Positions 23,757-35,607 of a stretch of DNA of 36,193 nucleotides are shown piece by piece. Each line of letters begins with the position of its first letter. The first letter of the stretch is position 1. The DNA comes from Octopus bimaculoides. Its lineage: Eukaryota. The notes under the pieces are model-generated. The model was given only the letters and a program-made list of their open reading frames with translations. It made no database searches and was not told the origin of the DNA. Where the stretch lies: contig NC_068996.1 in NCBI RefSeq assembly GCF_001194135.2, forward strand, positions 50,996,193-51,032,385, read 5' to 3'. The position numbers and the translations under genes are program-made.

Positions 23757-24105
23757 GTGGCTGTGTGGTAAGAAGTTTACTTCTCAATCACATGATTCTG
23801 GGTTCAGTCCCATGGTGTGCCTCAGATTAACCAAAGCCTTGTGAGTGGATTTGGTACATGGAAACTCTGTAGAAGCCTGTCATGTGTATATGTGTTACTG
23901 TCTCTTTGCTTTGACATTGCATGATAGTTTGAGTATCACACCATACAAGCAGTGTTCTTTACTTCCAACCTTCTATGGGGAAATGTTACCATATCTGGAA
24001 ACAGGTGAGGGTTGGTGACAGGAAGGGTATCTGGTTGCAGAAGATTTGCCTCAGCAAATTCCACCAAATCTATGCAAGCATGGAAAAGTGGACATTAAGA
24101 CAATG
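23757..24105 (+). mobile_element. tRNA-headed SINE with an RTE-type 3' tail
   Basis: Head tggctgtgtggtaagaag...gggttcagtcc; tail gggttggtgacaggaaggg...gcaagcatggaaaagtggacattaa matches the reverse complement of the RTE 3' end at 2745-2890. Confidence 0.7.
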
Positions 24106-24231
24106 TGTCTAAAGTGATGGTACTCATCGTAAACAATCTTTTCCTTCTACTCTTTATATCTTTATAGCTTTGAAGATCCACTTAGTAAGTCTCACTTAGA
24201 GATTTCTTGTCTTTGAGAATATTGGTTTCAG

Positions 24232-24435
24232 ATTTTGGCACAAGGCCAGCAAATTTTTTGTTTGGAAGAGTAAATCAATTACCTTGATGCCAATGCTCTA
24301 TTAATACTATTTTTTATCAACACTAGAAGAATGACAGGAAAGTTGACCATGGTGGAATTTGAACTCAGAAAGTAAAGACAGCCGAAATGCTGCGAAGTGT
24401 TTTTCCTGGCACGGTAACAATTCTGCCAGTTCACA
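24232..24435 (-). mobile_element. Family B SINE, degenerate
   Basis: tttggcacaaggccagcaaattt...ggaatttgaactcagaa...gaaatgctgcgaag is the reverse complement of family B. Confidence 0.65.
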
Positions 24436-24619
24436 ACCTCTTGTCTTAGAAAAATACTGATGATGTTTGTTTGCTATGACATCTGAAGAGTCATTGTTGA
24501 TGATGATGTTATTTATGACATCAAATGCCAGAGACTGATATTTGGAAGGTTACATAGTCACAGTATATGCCTGTCATGCTTTTCTCAGAAATCTACTATA
24601 GACCACTTGATGGCTATTC

Positions 24620-24800
24620 CATCGTCGTCATCATCATTTTAACATCTGTTATGTTAAACTGGCATGGGTTGGACAGTTTAATCAGAGCTGGCAAGCTGGG
24701 CGGGGGGCTGCACCAGACTCCAGTCTGATTTGGCATAGATTCTACAGCTGGATGCCCTTCCTAATGTCAACCACCTTACAGAGTGTACTGGGTGCTTTTA
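24620..24800 (-). mobile_element. RTE 3'-end fragment
   Basis: catcatcat...ggcatgggttggacag...tctacagctggatgcccttcctaatgtcaaccac matches 2740-2900. Confidence 0.75.
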
Positions 24801-25169
24801 GTAAAGAAAAAGAAATTAAGCAACCAAGCACTTTGAATTCTTTTGAACAATTTTATATTATTTTATTTTCAATGTATAATCTGCTGATTGGGTTAAGATT
24901 CTGAATGATAAATCATAGTTTCAAACTTTGCAGTGAGGTGCTGGATTGTTTTGTCTTGATAATTTTTCCTTCATCTGATTACTTCAGTTTACTTGAAAGA
25001 TAAGTATGAATACAGTTTCACATGTGAGTGGTGAGTATTAATCTCAGTCTGTAGGTATAAATGCTTGTACTGAACAAATATATAAATGCTTTTCTTTTAA
25101 GTTGAAATAGCATGATAATTAAATCTCATTCAGTTTGTTTATATATTTATTCGTCTTCATATCTTACAG

Positions 25170-25636
25170 CCACAAAACCTGGAAATTTAGCAGTGTACAA
25201 TATTCAAACTGATACATCACATAATCTAGAAAAATATAAAAACGACCCAAAATACGCCTGTACATATATGGAGATTTCTCACAGAGATTTTGAACTGGAA
25301 AATAATAGCGCTTGTCGTGGAAGCCTTTCGTCGTCTATATCCAAAGATAGTCTAGTGTCACATGATAGTCGAAAGGGATCACTTGAAATTTCAAGTGACC
25401 ATGGTAAGAAACAATCTTCATCGGAAAGAGAGTTATCAGTGGAGAAGACAGAACCAGTCAATAAAGTTGCAGATGCAGGTGGAACAGCTTTTACCGTTGA
25501 AATTGGTGAACAAAAACCAAGGAAATGGAATAGTTTAAGTGAATTTATGCCATCCAAAATTCGGCGGAGTTTCCGAGAACGATCTGAACGGGCAATGAAA
25601 CAGTCTACTAAAGATGGTACAGCACCAAAATTTGTG
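25170..25636 (+). CDS. CEP170: Internal coding exon A of a CEP170/CEP170B-like centrosomal protein gene (phase 1 start, phase 0 end)
   Basis: Acceptor ttacAG at 25168-69, donor GTAAGT at 25637, 467 nt open frame (A)TKPGNLAVYN...GTAFTVEIGEQKPRKWNSLSEFMPSKIRRSFRER...APKFV. The AFTVEIGE..KPR motif resembles the AF(V/T)IEF..D.PRK motif of CEP170 family proteins (recalled). It splices in phase to 31070. Confidence 0.75.
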
Positions 25637-25704
25637 GTAAGTAGAAAGAAAAAATTTTTTTTTTTTTTTTGTTTTTGTATAATGTAACATTTTAAACATG
25701 GATC

Positions 25705-25920
25705 ATCATCATCATCATCATCACAAGGTCAGGGTCTGCACCAGGTCCCATTGGGTTGGTCTCTACAGCTGGATGCCGTTCTCAACACCAACCACTTTGC
25801 AGAGTGTGCAGAGTGCTTTTTACATGGCATTATAAATGGAGATATTGGATGCATTCAGTACATTATCATCATCATCATTATAACCCTTTAGCATCTGTTT
25901 TTCCATGCTGGCATGGGTTT
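25705..25920 (-). mobile_element. Two short RTE 3'-end fragments
   Basis: (cat)n followed by ...tctacagctggatgccgttctcaacaccaaccac..., and (cat)n...ttttccatgctggcatgggtt. Confidence 0.6.
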
Positions 25921-27084
25921 GCAATCCCTTGGTTATATCCATTTCTTTGAAGAATACTACTAGTTATAATATTTAGTAATAGTTTCTAATTTAGGAAAAC
26001 AACCTTCAGATTTTGTGGGGAGCAGGGTTAGCCGATTATGTCCATACAGGTGTTTGATTGTTACTTTTTGTTGGTCTCAAAAGAATGAATGGCAGCTTTA
26101 AACTTGCTTAGTGTTTGTTCCTGTTGAAAACAAGTGCAATGAGTGCACATCAGAGTTGGAAAACTTTGATCAGAATTATCGAAACAATTAGTTGGTTAAA
26201 ACACCCTGTAGGGGTGCAAACATGGCTATATGGTTGAGAAACGTGCTTTGGAATCACATACATAGGAACCCAGTCTTGCTGCGCAGATGTTGAAAGTTGG
26301 TGTCCCCAATTATAGCTGCAGGTTGGCCAATGCCTTGTAAATGAAACCGGCAGATTGAAACTTTACACTCACGCACACACACACACACACACACACACGT
26401 TTTCCTGTGCATAAATGAATGACAGTGTATTGTCACTCTTGACGTATCTGCACCGATTGTCAACAAAGGCTTCACTGTTCATACAAATGGATGTCATTTT
26501 GTTTGCAGTCCACTGCAAAAGCATGTCCAGGCCTCTCAACATGCCTCAACATGTGTCTGTTGATTGGGGACAAAGGCTTCACTGTTCCTGCAGTGTCATT
26601 TGATTACATTGCTGTGTGAAAGCTTGTTCGTTAATTGGTTTGATAGACGGTTGGGTGGTGGGGGTAATTATTACCTTGCTTGCAAACAGATGAGGGTTAG
26701 TGTTTGCAAGAGCATCCAGTCATGGAAAATTCTATCTCAACAGTTTCATCTGTCCCATGCAAGCATAGAATGGAAAAGTAGATGTTAGAATGATTATGAT
26801 GATGTGTGTTAAAAATCTGGAGAAGAAGAGAAAAACAAAACAAAGAGGAGAGATAACTCTAAGTTTGGTTGAGCAACATTTTTGTACTATTCAGACAATG
26901 TTGATTTTGAGTAACTCTGGGCCTTTAAAGCCAACTGGTTAAATAAAACAAGTAAAGATAAACTGTTTAGCTCATTGATTAAATGAAGCCTGTAGTTGTT
27001 GACCTTGGTGACCTCTGCTTGTAATTACTTTCATTTTAAATGTCAGAGGTAACTGAAAGTATCTTTTAATGCCTATGGCAAGTG

Positions 27085-27460
27085 CAGGCACGACTATGTG
27101 GTCAAGAAATTTATTTCCCAACCACATGGTTTCTGGTTCAGTCTTAACGTGTGGCGTCTTGGACAGGTGTCTTTCGCCTTAGCTCCGGGCTGACCAAAGC
27201 CTTGTGAGTGAGTTTGGTAGACAGAAATTGAGAGAAGCCCAGTGTGTGTGTCCTTCTCTTGACATTGTATGGTAGTGTCACTCTCATACAAGCATCATTC
27301 TTTTCCAATATTTTGTGAAAACATGCGGTGGGGTGGGGGATATTACCTTGCTTGGAATCCTGTGAGAGTTGGCAAGATAAAAGGGCTTCTGACTGTAGAA
27401 AACTTTGCATCATTAAACTCCATCTGACCCATGCAAGCATGGAAAAGTGGATGTTAAAAC
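27085..27460 (+). mobile_element. tRNA-headed SINE with an RTE-type 3' tail
   Basis: gactatgtggtcaagaaa...ggttcagtc...gaccaaagccttgtgagtgagtttggtagac...gacccatgcaagcatggaaaagtggatgttaaa. Confidence 0.7.
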
Positions 27461-27624
27461 AGATGAAGAGGACATCTCTTATGATTGACTGAAGCCAACT
27501 TGAGATCCTTTACATGACTACTCAATGTATTAGAAATAGGAACTAAATCTTCCTCAAATCACACATTGTCTTGAAAATGGAAGGAAATCACATTGGATTA
27601 TGTAATTCTACACACATCCTTATC

Positions 27625-27935
27625 ATCATTGGTTAACGTCTGCCTTCCATGCTGGCATGGGGTGAATGGTTTGACTGGAGCTGGCTAAGCAGAAGTCTGC
27701 ACCACACTTCAGTGTCTGTTTTGGTATGGTTTTTACAGCTGGATGTCCTTCCTAACACCAACCACCCTGCAGAGTGGACTGAGTGCTTTTTATGTGGCAC
27801 TAGCACAGGCAAGGTCGGTTTTGACATGGTTTTTACATCCAGATGCCCTTCCAAATGCTAACCACTTCACAGTGTGGGCTGGATGTTTTTTATGTGGCAC
27901 CAACACTGGCAGGGTCACCAAGTAACTTGTGAAAC
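27625..27935 (-). mobile_element. RTE 3' UTR fragment with an internal duplication of about 100 bp
   Basis: Two successive units of ttttacagctggatg(t/c)ccttcc(t/a)aa...accac...ttttatgtggcac. Confidence 0.65.
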
Positions 27936-28129
27936 AAGGAATTTTGAAAGGGGAAGGGGCATTGGAGGGGGGTGATCTTGTGTCAGTAATCAAACAGATG
28001 ATGACAACTCAACTACAAGGTTTGACACAAAATCCAAAGCATGACCATGAAGGATTCAGTAAAAACAGAGATAATCAAATTCTGTCAGCTTGCAAATGCT
28101 TGCCACTCTCATTAGCTATTATTTGAAAT

Positions 28130-28325
28130 TTTGGCACAAGGTCAACAATTTTAAGGGAGAGATAACATTGATTAAATCAACGCCACTGCTCAGCTGGAGC
28201 TTATTTTATCAATGCTAAAAGTATGAATGATAAAGCTAGTTTTTGTGGAATTTGAACTCAGAATCTAGTGAGTTGGAAGAAATGCTGCTTAGTATTTTTA
28301 CTGACATTCTAACAGCTCTGCCAGC
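28130..28325 (-). mobile_element. Family B SINE, degenerate
   Basis: tttggcacaaggtcaacaatttt...gtggaatttgaactcagaat...gaaatgctgcttagtatt. Confidence 0.65.
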
Positions 28326-30156
28326 ATGTCACCTTAAACCAATAGAAAAAAATGGTAAAAAAATATTTCTAAACAATAGCTTCTCTGCAAAACTGAAGTG
28401 TGATCCACTGCAGAGGGTAACATACATATCTGAACCACATGGGCTTCAGTCAGTCTCTCCCCCTCCCCTTTACTACGATTGTTGCTGCCCCTCTGAACAT
28501 GTCGGCTGTTTATCCCCTCCCTTGTCGTCTGTACAGTCTCAGCCTACCCAAAATTTTTCTTTATTCCTCCTTAGAAATGCAACTGTTTGGAACTCCTAGC
28601 AAAACTATTAGTTATACTTGTTGAAAAGTAGTTGTCTTGTCTGCTTAATAAGAAATTTGTTCATTTACGTTCCAAGAAGGCAGAACTTATCTACGATTTC
28701 CAGCAATTTAACTGGAGCTGGTACTCATTCTGTATGATATTTCATATATACATTAAGCAATGCTCTTGATTCCCAGTTGCCCATTTGGAACTGAACCTCT
28801 TTGTCACAAATTAACATTGCATATTTAACTGAATACTTTCCAGCTGTTTTAAATCATTTACATTCACTTTCATATGGTACATACTGTATCATATTTCTTA
28901 CACATACCTTCTATAATCCATCCTAGAGAGAGAGAGAGAGAGAGAGAGTGGGTGAGGTGTCTGTTGTTGATGTTTAGCTCCAGGTAAACTCTGATCAAAC
29001 AACCCTATGATGTCTATCAAAAGTGGTCAAGCTACAGCCTTCTCTTCTTTTTGGGTATGTATTTAAGATTGCATTATCTAATTTGTCCTTTCCATTTAAA
29101 AGTAGTAGAGTGGGATTTGAAGGAGAATGAAGATTTAGCTGATATTTTTAGCAGGTTGAGGTTGAGCCCTCTTGTTTTATTGGGTTGTTTGCCAGGAGCC
29201 TGTTGTTTCCATTAGAAGTAGTTTACTCTGTGTGTGTACACATACACAATAATCAATCTGTTCTTCAATATTTTTGTTAATAATAGAATAGTAGGAATGA
29301 CTTTAGCTAAATTATTATTACAGTATTTAGTTTCATGTCTTGTTTCTCAATTTAATCTTGCTAAAGTACACACTCTTTTAGTGTTTTGAAATTAATAAGT
29401 TCCCGTATCAATTCAGTTGATTACTTTTTTTTCTTTACTTGTTTATTTTTTTCTCTTTGGGGTAAAAGCAGACCTTCAACAAAACTTACAACATGCTTTG
29501 CATTAAAGGGGCCCAAAAGTGGAAAACCGTCTGGTTGGCTGTGAAAGAAGCAGTGGTTACCTCAATGTGGCCCCAGATCAGACGGTTTGAGCCTTGGCAG
29601 AGGCTGTGCAGCCTGGGGTTGAACTAACTGGAAGTTGATCAACACAGGATGGATTGCCTGGTTGAGGGTGCTTGATGATGAAAGACCCCCAAGCACCAAA
29701 TGACCCCAAGAAACTTCACTGATGTTGTGTGGAAAAACTTTGCTCGCCATATTTCACTTTATAGACATTTATGAATATATGGACTGTTCATGTAAACATT
29801 AAAAAAATATGTAGTATTTCAGATAAAGTGTGATTTGGCTGATAGACAAATCTTCGTTCTCCAAACATTACAACTGCTAGACTCTCTGCCCTCTTTTAGC
29901 ATTGGTGGAAGGACCTCTATTTTGGTTAAATAGTAAGCTGTGTATCACACATGCATGTACCTAAATCCAATCAGTTTACCCTTCAATCCAACCCTGCTCA
30001 AACTTGCCCATCTGATTCTATATTAAATACTTCCTCTCGACAGTTTTTTCTCTCTACAACTGTAGTCTTCTGTTACCCGTTGCCATGTTTTTTTCAATAG
30101 CCTCATTGATCTACAGAAGTTGAAGTTCAACTCTTAAACATGTGTAGATCAAAGCA

Positions 30157-30305
30157 AGGCTGTGTGATAAAAGGTTTTCTTCCCAACCACATGGTTCCGG
30201 GTTCAGTCCCACTGCATGGCACCTTGAGCAAGTGTCTTCTACTATAGCCTTGGGCCAATCAAACCCTTGTGAGTGGATTTGGGAGACAGAAACTGGAAGA
30301 GGCTC
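30157..30305 (+). mobile_element. SINE family A, 5' part
   Basis: ggctgtgtgataa...ccaaccacatggttccgggttcagtcccactgcatggcaccttgagcaagtgtcttctactatagcc. Confidence 0.8.
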
Positions 30306-31069
30306 ATCATATGCATATGTTGAGATCTTTGACGATGTGCTGTGCTTAAGAAGATTACCAAGTCAAGTGAAATTGTAGTCATGGCCAATGCCAGTGGCAC
30401 TTTAAATGACCAGAGAAGTCTTCTTAAGGATGCAATTTTAGCAGTATTGTTACTGAATATGTAGTCTTGACCACAGAGCTCATCAGAGATTGTGAAGTAT
30501 TCACAGTGAATTGGAAAATTTTAGCTGTGTTGTTGAAGCAGAGGGAGTGTAGACTGAAAGCTGTTTGCTAACAGCTGCATTATAGTTGTATTAATGAAGA
30601 ATACCACCTGTAATACCTAGAGGAAGTCACCAATCGCTATGATATTTATCTACCATTGCAACACTTCATGTATGTACGGCTCAGCTTCTAAACACTTTCA
30701 TCCTCAGATTGTAACCAGGCTTTCTGGTTCTTTGCTCAGTATTTCCACTAATTTTGTAGAATCCTCCTCCGCTCTCTCCTATACATAAAAGGTACCATCA
30801 CCACCCCGTTTTTCTCTCTCCATTTTTAACACACACTTCTGTTTTTTTCTATCCCTGCATGTCTCACGACCACACACACACACAGTTGTTGCCAAGTGGG
30901 GAAGTTTCTTATTACTCCACTTCAACTTCACCTAACAAGTGGTCAGCTGTGTTGGCGGTGTGCCTCCATAACTAGCAGAGTATTAATAGTTTTCTATTGC
31001 ATGCAAATGCGTTTGTGTTTATTAAAAAGTGAAAAGTAAAAATTCTTATTTGATATTTATTTCAAACAG

Positions 31070-31187
31070 GAAGCTGATTCTCCCCCTGATCAAGCAAAAG
31101 ATGGAGAAATTTTGGGAGAAAAGGGGAAAGCAAAAACACCTAAAGCTAGTCAATCCAGTGAAGGCGAAGAAGAAAATCATACAAAAG
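31070..31187 (+). CDS. CEP170: Internal coding exon B of the CEP170-like gene (phase 0 start, phase 1 end); absent from the supplied ORF track in this frame
   Basis: Acceptor aaacAG at 31068-69, donor GTTGGT at 31188, 118 nt = 39 codons + 1: EADSPPDQAKDGEILGEKGKAKTPKASQSSEGEEENHTK+g. Phases match exon A (0) and exon C (1). Confidence 0.75.
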
Positions 31188-31554
31188 GTTGGTTGTTTCT
31201 TAATTAAAGGTCTACCATAGAAATTTGATGTTTTCATATATTTTATAATATATATATGTTATTGTAAAGGGTCAACTCTTATTGAGAAGTATTTTCCTCT
31301 TTGTTTCTCCCATTTTTAATCTAAATTTCAATCCAGATTTCGTGAATAGAATTGAATCCTTCAACATTTGAATTGGTCATATCTGGCCCAAAAATTTCTA
31401 CGTTTTATGATGAAATCAGCCAAATCTGGCCTCTCACGCCTATGCTACGACATTCTAAAAATAAGTAATCACCATGAAAATCTCTCAGCTCCAAGATAAT
31501 GCATGACTAATTGAAAATAATATGAATAGATAAGAATTATATTCAACAAGTAAT

Positions 31555-32660
31555 CATCATTGTCGTTGTCATTGTTGTCGTTTAACGTCTGCTTTCCGTG
31601 CTGGCATGGGTTGAATGGTTTGACTGAGAACCAGTGAGCTGGGAGGCTGCACCAGGCTCCAATCTTATTTGGCAAGGTGTCTACAGCTGGATGCCCTTCC
31701 TAATGTTAACCACTCCAAAAGTGTAGTGGGTGCTTTTTACGTGCCACCAGCATGGGTGCTGGTCAGGCAGCACTGGCATTGACCATGCTCAAATGGTACT
31801 TTTTATGTGCCAGTCGGGTAGCACTGGCATCGACCATGACAACAATTTTACTTGGTTCAACAGGTCTTCACAAGTACTGCATATTGTTCGACGGTTGAAG
31901 GGTGCTTTTAAATGGGCCGGTAATGCAACACTGGTACTGGTTGATCTGACTTGGCTTACCAGGTCTTCTCAAGCATGGCATGTTTCCAAAGGTCTCGGTC
32001 GCTTATCATTGCCTCTGTGAGGCTCAATGTTTGAAGGTCAGGCTTCGCCACCTCATCCTAAGTCTTCCTTGGTCTACCTGTTCCACAGGTTCCTTCCACA
32101 GGTTCCTTCCACAGGTTCCTTCCACAGGTTCCTTCCACAGGTTCCTTCCACAGGTTCCTTCCACAGGTTCCTTCCACAGGTTCCTTCCACAGGTTCCTTC
32201 CACAGGTTCCTTCCACAGGTTCCTTCCACAGGTTCCTTCCACAGGTTCCTTCCACAGGTTCCTTCCACAGGTTCCTTCCACAGTTAGAGATCAGCACTTC
32301 TTTACACAGCTGTCCTTCTCCATACGTAACACATGACTGTACCAGCGCAGTTGTCTCTCTTGCACACCACATCTGATACTTCTTATGTCCAACTTTTCTC
32401 TCAGGGCACTTACACTCTGTCATGTATGCATACTGACATTACACATCCAGCGGATCATACTAGCTTCATTTCTTTCAAGTCTACACATGTCCTCAGCAGT
32501 CACAGCCCATGTTTCACTGCTGTGTAACATAGCTGTTCACACACTGGCATCATACAGTCTGCCTTTCACTCTGAGTGAGAATCCTTTTGTTACCAGCAGA
32601 GGTAGGAGCTTACTGAACTTTGCCCAGCTTATTCTTATTCTAGTAACAATGCTCTCAGAT
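31555..32660 (-). mobile_element. 5'-truncated RTE LINE (RT C-terminus and 3' UTR) containing a minisatellite
   Basis: The minus strand reads RIRISWAKFSKLLPLLVTKGFSLRVKGRLYDASV*TAMLHSSETWAVTAEDMCRLERNEASMIRWMCNVS...LRWYSHVLRM...VEGTCG[repeat]GRPRKT*DEV...DRDLWKHA. The 3' UTR is homologous to 2745-3085. Confidence 0.9.
32081..32283. repeat. Perfect 13-bp minisatellite (ttccacaggttcc) x15.6
   Basis: 15 identical units plus 8 nt (203 bp); no mismatches seen and no spacers. Confidence 0.97.
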
Positions 32661-32819
32661 CAAAAAGGAATTTTCCAGATGAAGGATGGCACTGTTTATT
32701 TTTCCTTCCTTGTTTATCATTAACTGAAAGCAGAAGTGGTTGATTTAATCGGGTCTAATTCCTGATTGTATCCTAGTTTTGCTGTAATAAGAAAGAAAGA
32801 AAAAGTGTGAATTTATTAA

Positions 32820-33040
32820 CCCTTTAGCGTTTAGATTACTTTGTCAAATGCAATATATATTCATTCATATTGATTTGAATTAATCATGCATTATCTTGTA
32901 GCTTTGAGATTTTGATGATGTGGTTGCTTATGCCTTGAATGACATTGTAAGTTAGGTGTGGGTTGGCAGATCTGGCCAGGTTTAACATCAATCAAACAGG
33001 AAATGTTGGGCTGGATATGGCCGGTTTAAATGCTATAGGG
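32820..33040. mobile_element. piggyBac-type MITE (221 bp)
   Basis: TTAA|CCCTTTAGCGTTT ... AAATGCTATAGGG|TTAA. Partial copies at about 18040-18207 (+) and 31370-31480 (-). Confidence 0.8.
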
Positions 33041-33106
33041 TTAATTTTAATTTCTTCTCTTTTCAATTTTTATCTTTTGTTTATTTTATTTTTCCTTATT
33101 TTTCAG

Positions 33107-33801
33107 CAAAGAAAGATGCAAATTTGAAAAACAACAAAATTTCTCCGTCATCTTTCCCAACCTATAAGCCTGCGAGTCATCAGAATGACAATGAAGAGAT
33201 TTCGCCACCAACATGTTCTGGTGCTGCATCATTCCTTATCAACAAGATGTTTCAAGGCAGTAATTGCCCAGCCAACGTCAATCCTGCATCGACATCTCCT
33301 CCTTCTGATTATTGCCTCATTCCTGGTAGTGGAGCTCCTGCATCATCTGGGAAATTCTTTGACCCGTCAACAGAACAAGATCGCTACTACGATCAGAAAA
33401 ATTTGAACGGAAACAAATACTGTGAAACGACAGATAAAACTTGTACAGACAGTTCTCCCGAAGCTCAAGATCTCGAAGCAATAGAAGATAAACTCAGCGA
33501 AGCTGGAACGTACACTATTGAAGGTGACCAAGAAGCTAAAGAGGAAGAAGAATTGGCCAGGAAAAGAATTGACAATGTGTTTGGTGTTGGCCAAAATATA
33601 CAAAGACCTATAATAGTTGAATTTAATCACTTAGAACAGGACTCTTCTACATTAGGAAAAGAATCTAGTGAAATGAATCATGTTGGAAAATTTTTAGAGG
33701 ATTCAAAGTTTTATTTAAATAACGGTAGTAATAATAATTGTTCTCCAGAAGCAGATGTAGATCAAATGGAAGATATAGAAAATTTAAAAGATGTCTCACC
33801 A
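33107..33801 (+). CDS. CEP170: Internal coding exon C of the CEP170-like gene (phase 1 start, phase 0 end)
   Basis: Long polypyrimidine tract and tttcAG at 33105-06, donor GTAAGT at 33802, 695 nt open. Contains SEAGTYTIEGDQEAKEEEELARKRIDNVFGV, closely matching the conserved CEP170B/CEP170 motif SD(A/K)GTYTIE...EVEEARKMID(Q/K)VFGV (recalled). Confidence 0.82.
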
Positions 33802-34084
33802 GTAAGTATATATTTTTCTGGATATATTCAGTGATAATATTCTAATGGTCAAAAGGGAGCTGGGTGGACAGAAAGAATTGGTTGAAAATAAGACGAACAT
33901 GTCTTGTCATTTTATGCTCATCATCATCATCACCATCAACATTTAATGTCCATTTTCCTTGTTGGCATGGGTTGGCAGTTTAAAATTCTGTAAAGGTTGA
34001 TTTTACCTCCCCTACTTCTGCAATCAATAAAATAAGTACTAAGTAATCCACAGTTCCTACCATGTACACCCCCCCACACACACA

Positions 34085-34337
<253 letters not shown>

Positions 34338-34685
34338 AAATATAAATTGTGAATTAGTGCCACTGTAGAAATTAATATTTCCAGCAATAGATTATACATA
34401 AATAGAATCGACCTTAATTGAACAGACCAATAAACAAAGACAATCTAGCTGTGACCATCCTGTCTTTTTCCCCCCTATGTGCATGGAATTAGGATCACAT
34501 TATCCAATGTTTTCCTTTTAAACACTTGTATTATGTGACCTGACAAAGACCTGTCTATCCCCAGGTCAAAGAGCTAATTTGAGGTGCCCCTTTTTAGCTT
34601 GAATTAAAACAAACTCTCAGTAGTTTGTGGTAAATTGTCCATCTTTCACACTGACATCCTCCTTTTCCCCCACGTCCACAACTGT

Positions 34686-34720
<35 letters not shown>

Positions 34721-34938
34721 AATAATCATTGCTGTTGTCATAGTTATCAGGTCATCTTCAAGACTTCCTTCCCCTCCTAAATGCAGCTGCCCACTTTTGC
34801 ACTGTTGATAAAGCTGGAGTGTCCATCCCCTAGCGTAGCAACCATGTCAGCATTAAATGTCCTTGTGGGGGTGGGGTGCTAAACCCTTTTTCTATAAGTA
34901 CTTGATAACACCACAATGCCAAATTTTGTCCGTTTTCA

Positions 34939-35607
34939 GATCAGATAAAATGGTTAAATAGTCTTGGCTATTAATTCTGCCATGAAGGGAAACCATTGGG
35001 CTGGCAGGTTTCCAAGATATAGCAACCCCCCACCCCATCATCACAGATCCTTCTCTGTTTAACAGTTCGAAGAAGGTAGTCTGGATTAAATGCTTCTTTT
35101 GGCTGTCCCCTATACTCGGCCCGTGGTTGGAAATAAAGTAAAGGATGACTCGTCCGAGAAAATAGCATTCTTCCACTGCTCTAGGGACCAATTCTGTAGG
35201 TTTTTACTCCACTCTAAACGCTTTGCAACATTTGTTTTTGAAAGTAGTGGTTTTTTGATTGCAACTCTCCCCTGAAATCCAGCTTTGCGCAGCTCCCAGT
35301 GAACAGTTTTTGTGGAAACTGGGTTCTCAAAGTGGTCATTAAGCTCTGCAGCAATTTTAGGAGCTGTACTTTTGTGATCCTTTCTAACAATTTGCGTAAA
35401 AGTCCGACGGTCCCTGTCTGAAAGTTTTGGTTTTCTTCTGGAGTTTTGTTTCGACAAGGAGGTTTTTCCCTCTTTCTCAAAGGCTGTCATTACTTTCGAG
35501 ACAGTACTTCTTGATACACCAAACATTTTGGGTGTTTTCGTTATGCTAGCGCCTGCCATACGAGCATCAACAATTTGACCTCTTTGAAAGTCCGATAGAT
35601 CTGTCAT
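34939..35607 (-). pseudogene. Tc1-like transposase pseudogene
   Basis: MTDLSDFQRGQIVDARMAGASIT...GVSRSTVS (paired-like HTH), ...IKKPLLS...RLEW, FSDES (first catalytic D), then frameshifts through QPKEAFNPD..TVK..GSVMM.WG.IS...GRINSQDYLTILSD. The second D and the E are missing. Confidence 0.9.

Noticed and set aside
30470-30500. CTGATGA cores (minus here; also 21630 minus, 24457 and 35635 plus) as hammerhead ribozymes
   Set aside because: None has a pairing stem II followed by GAAA at the proper spacing.
31980-32423. Repeat-protein ORFs (VEGTCGRNLWKEP)n / (GSFHRFLPQVPST)n, and a possible CRISPR array
   Set aside because: A 13-bp unit with no stop codons opens all frames. There are no spacers, so it is not CRISPR, and it lies inside a decayed LINE.
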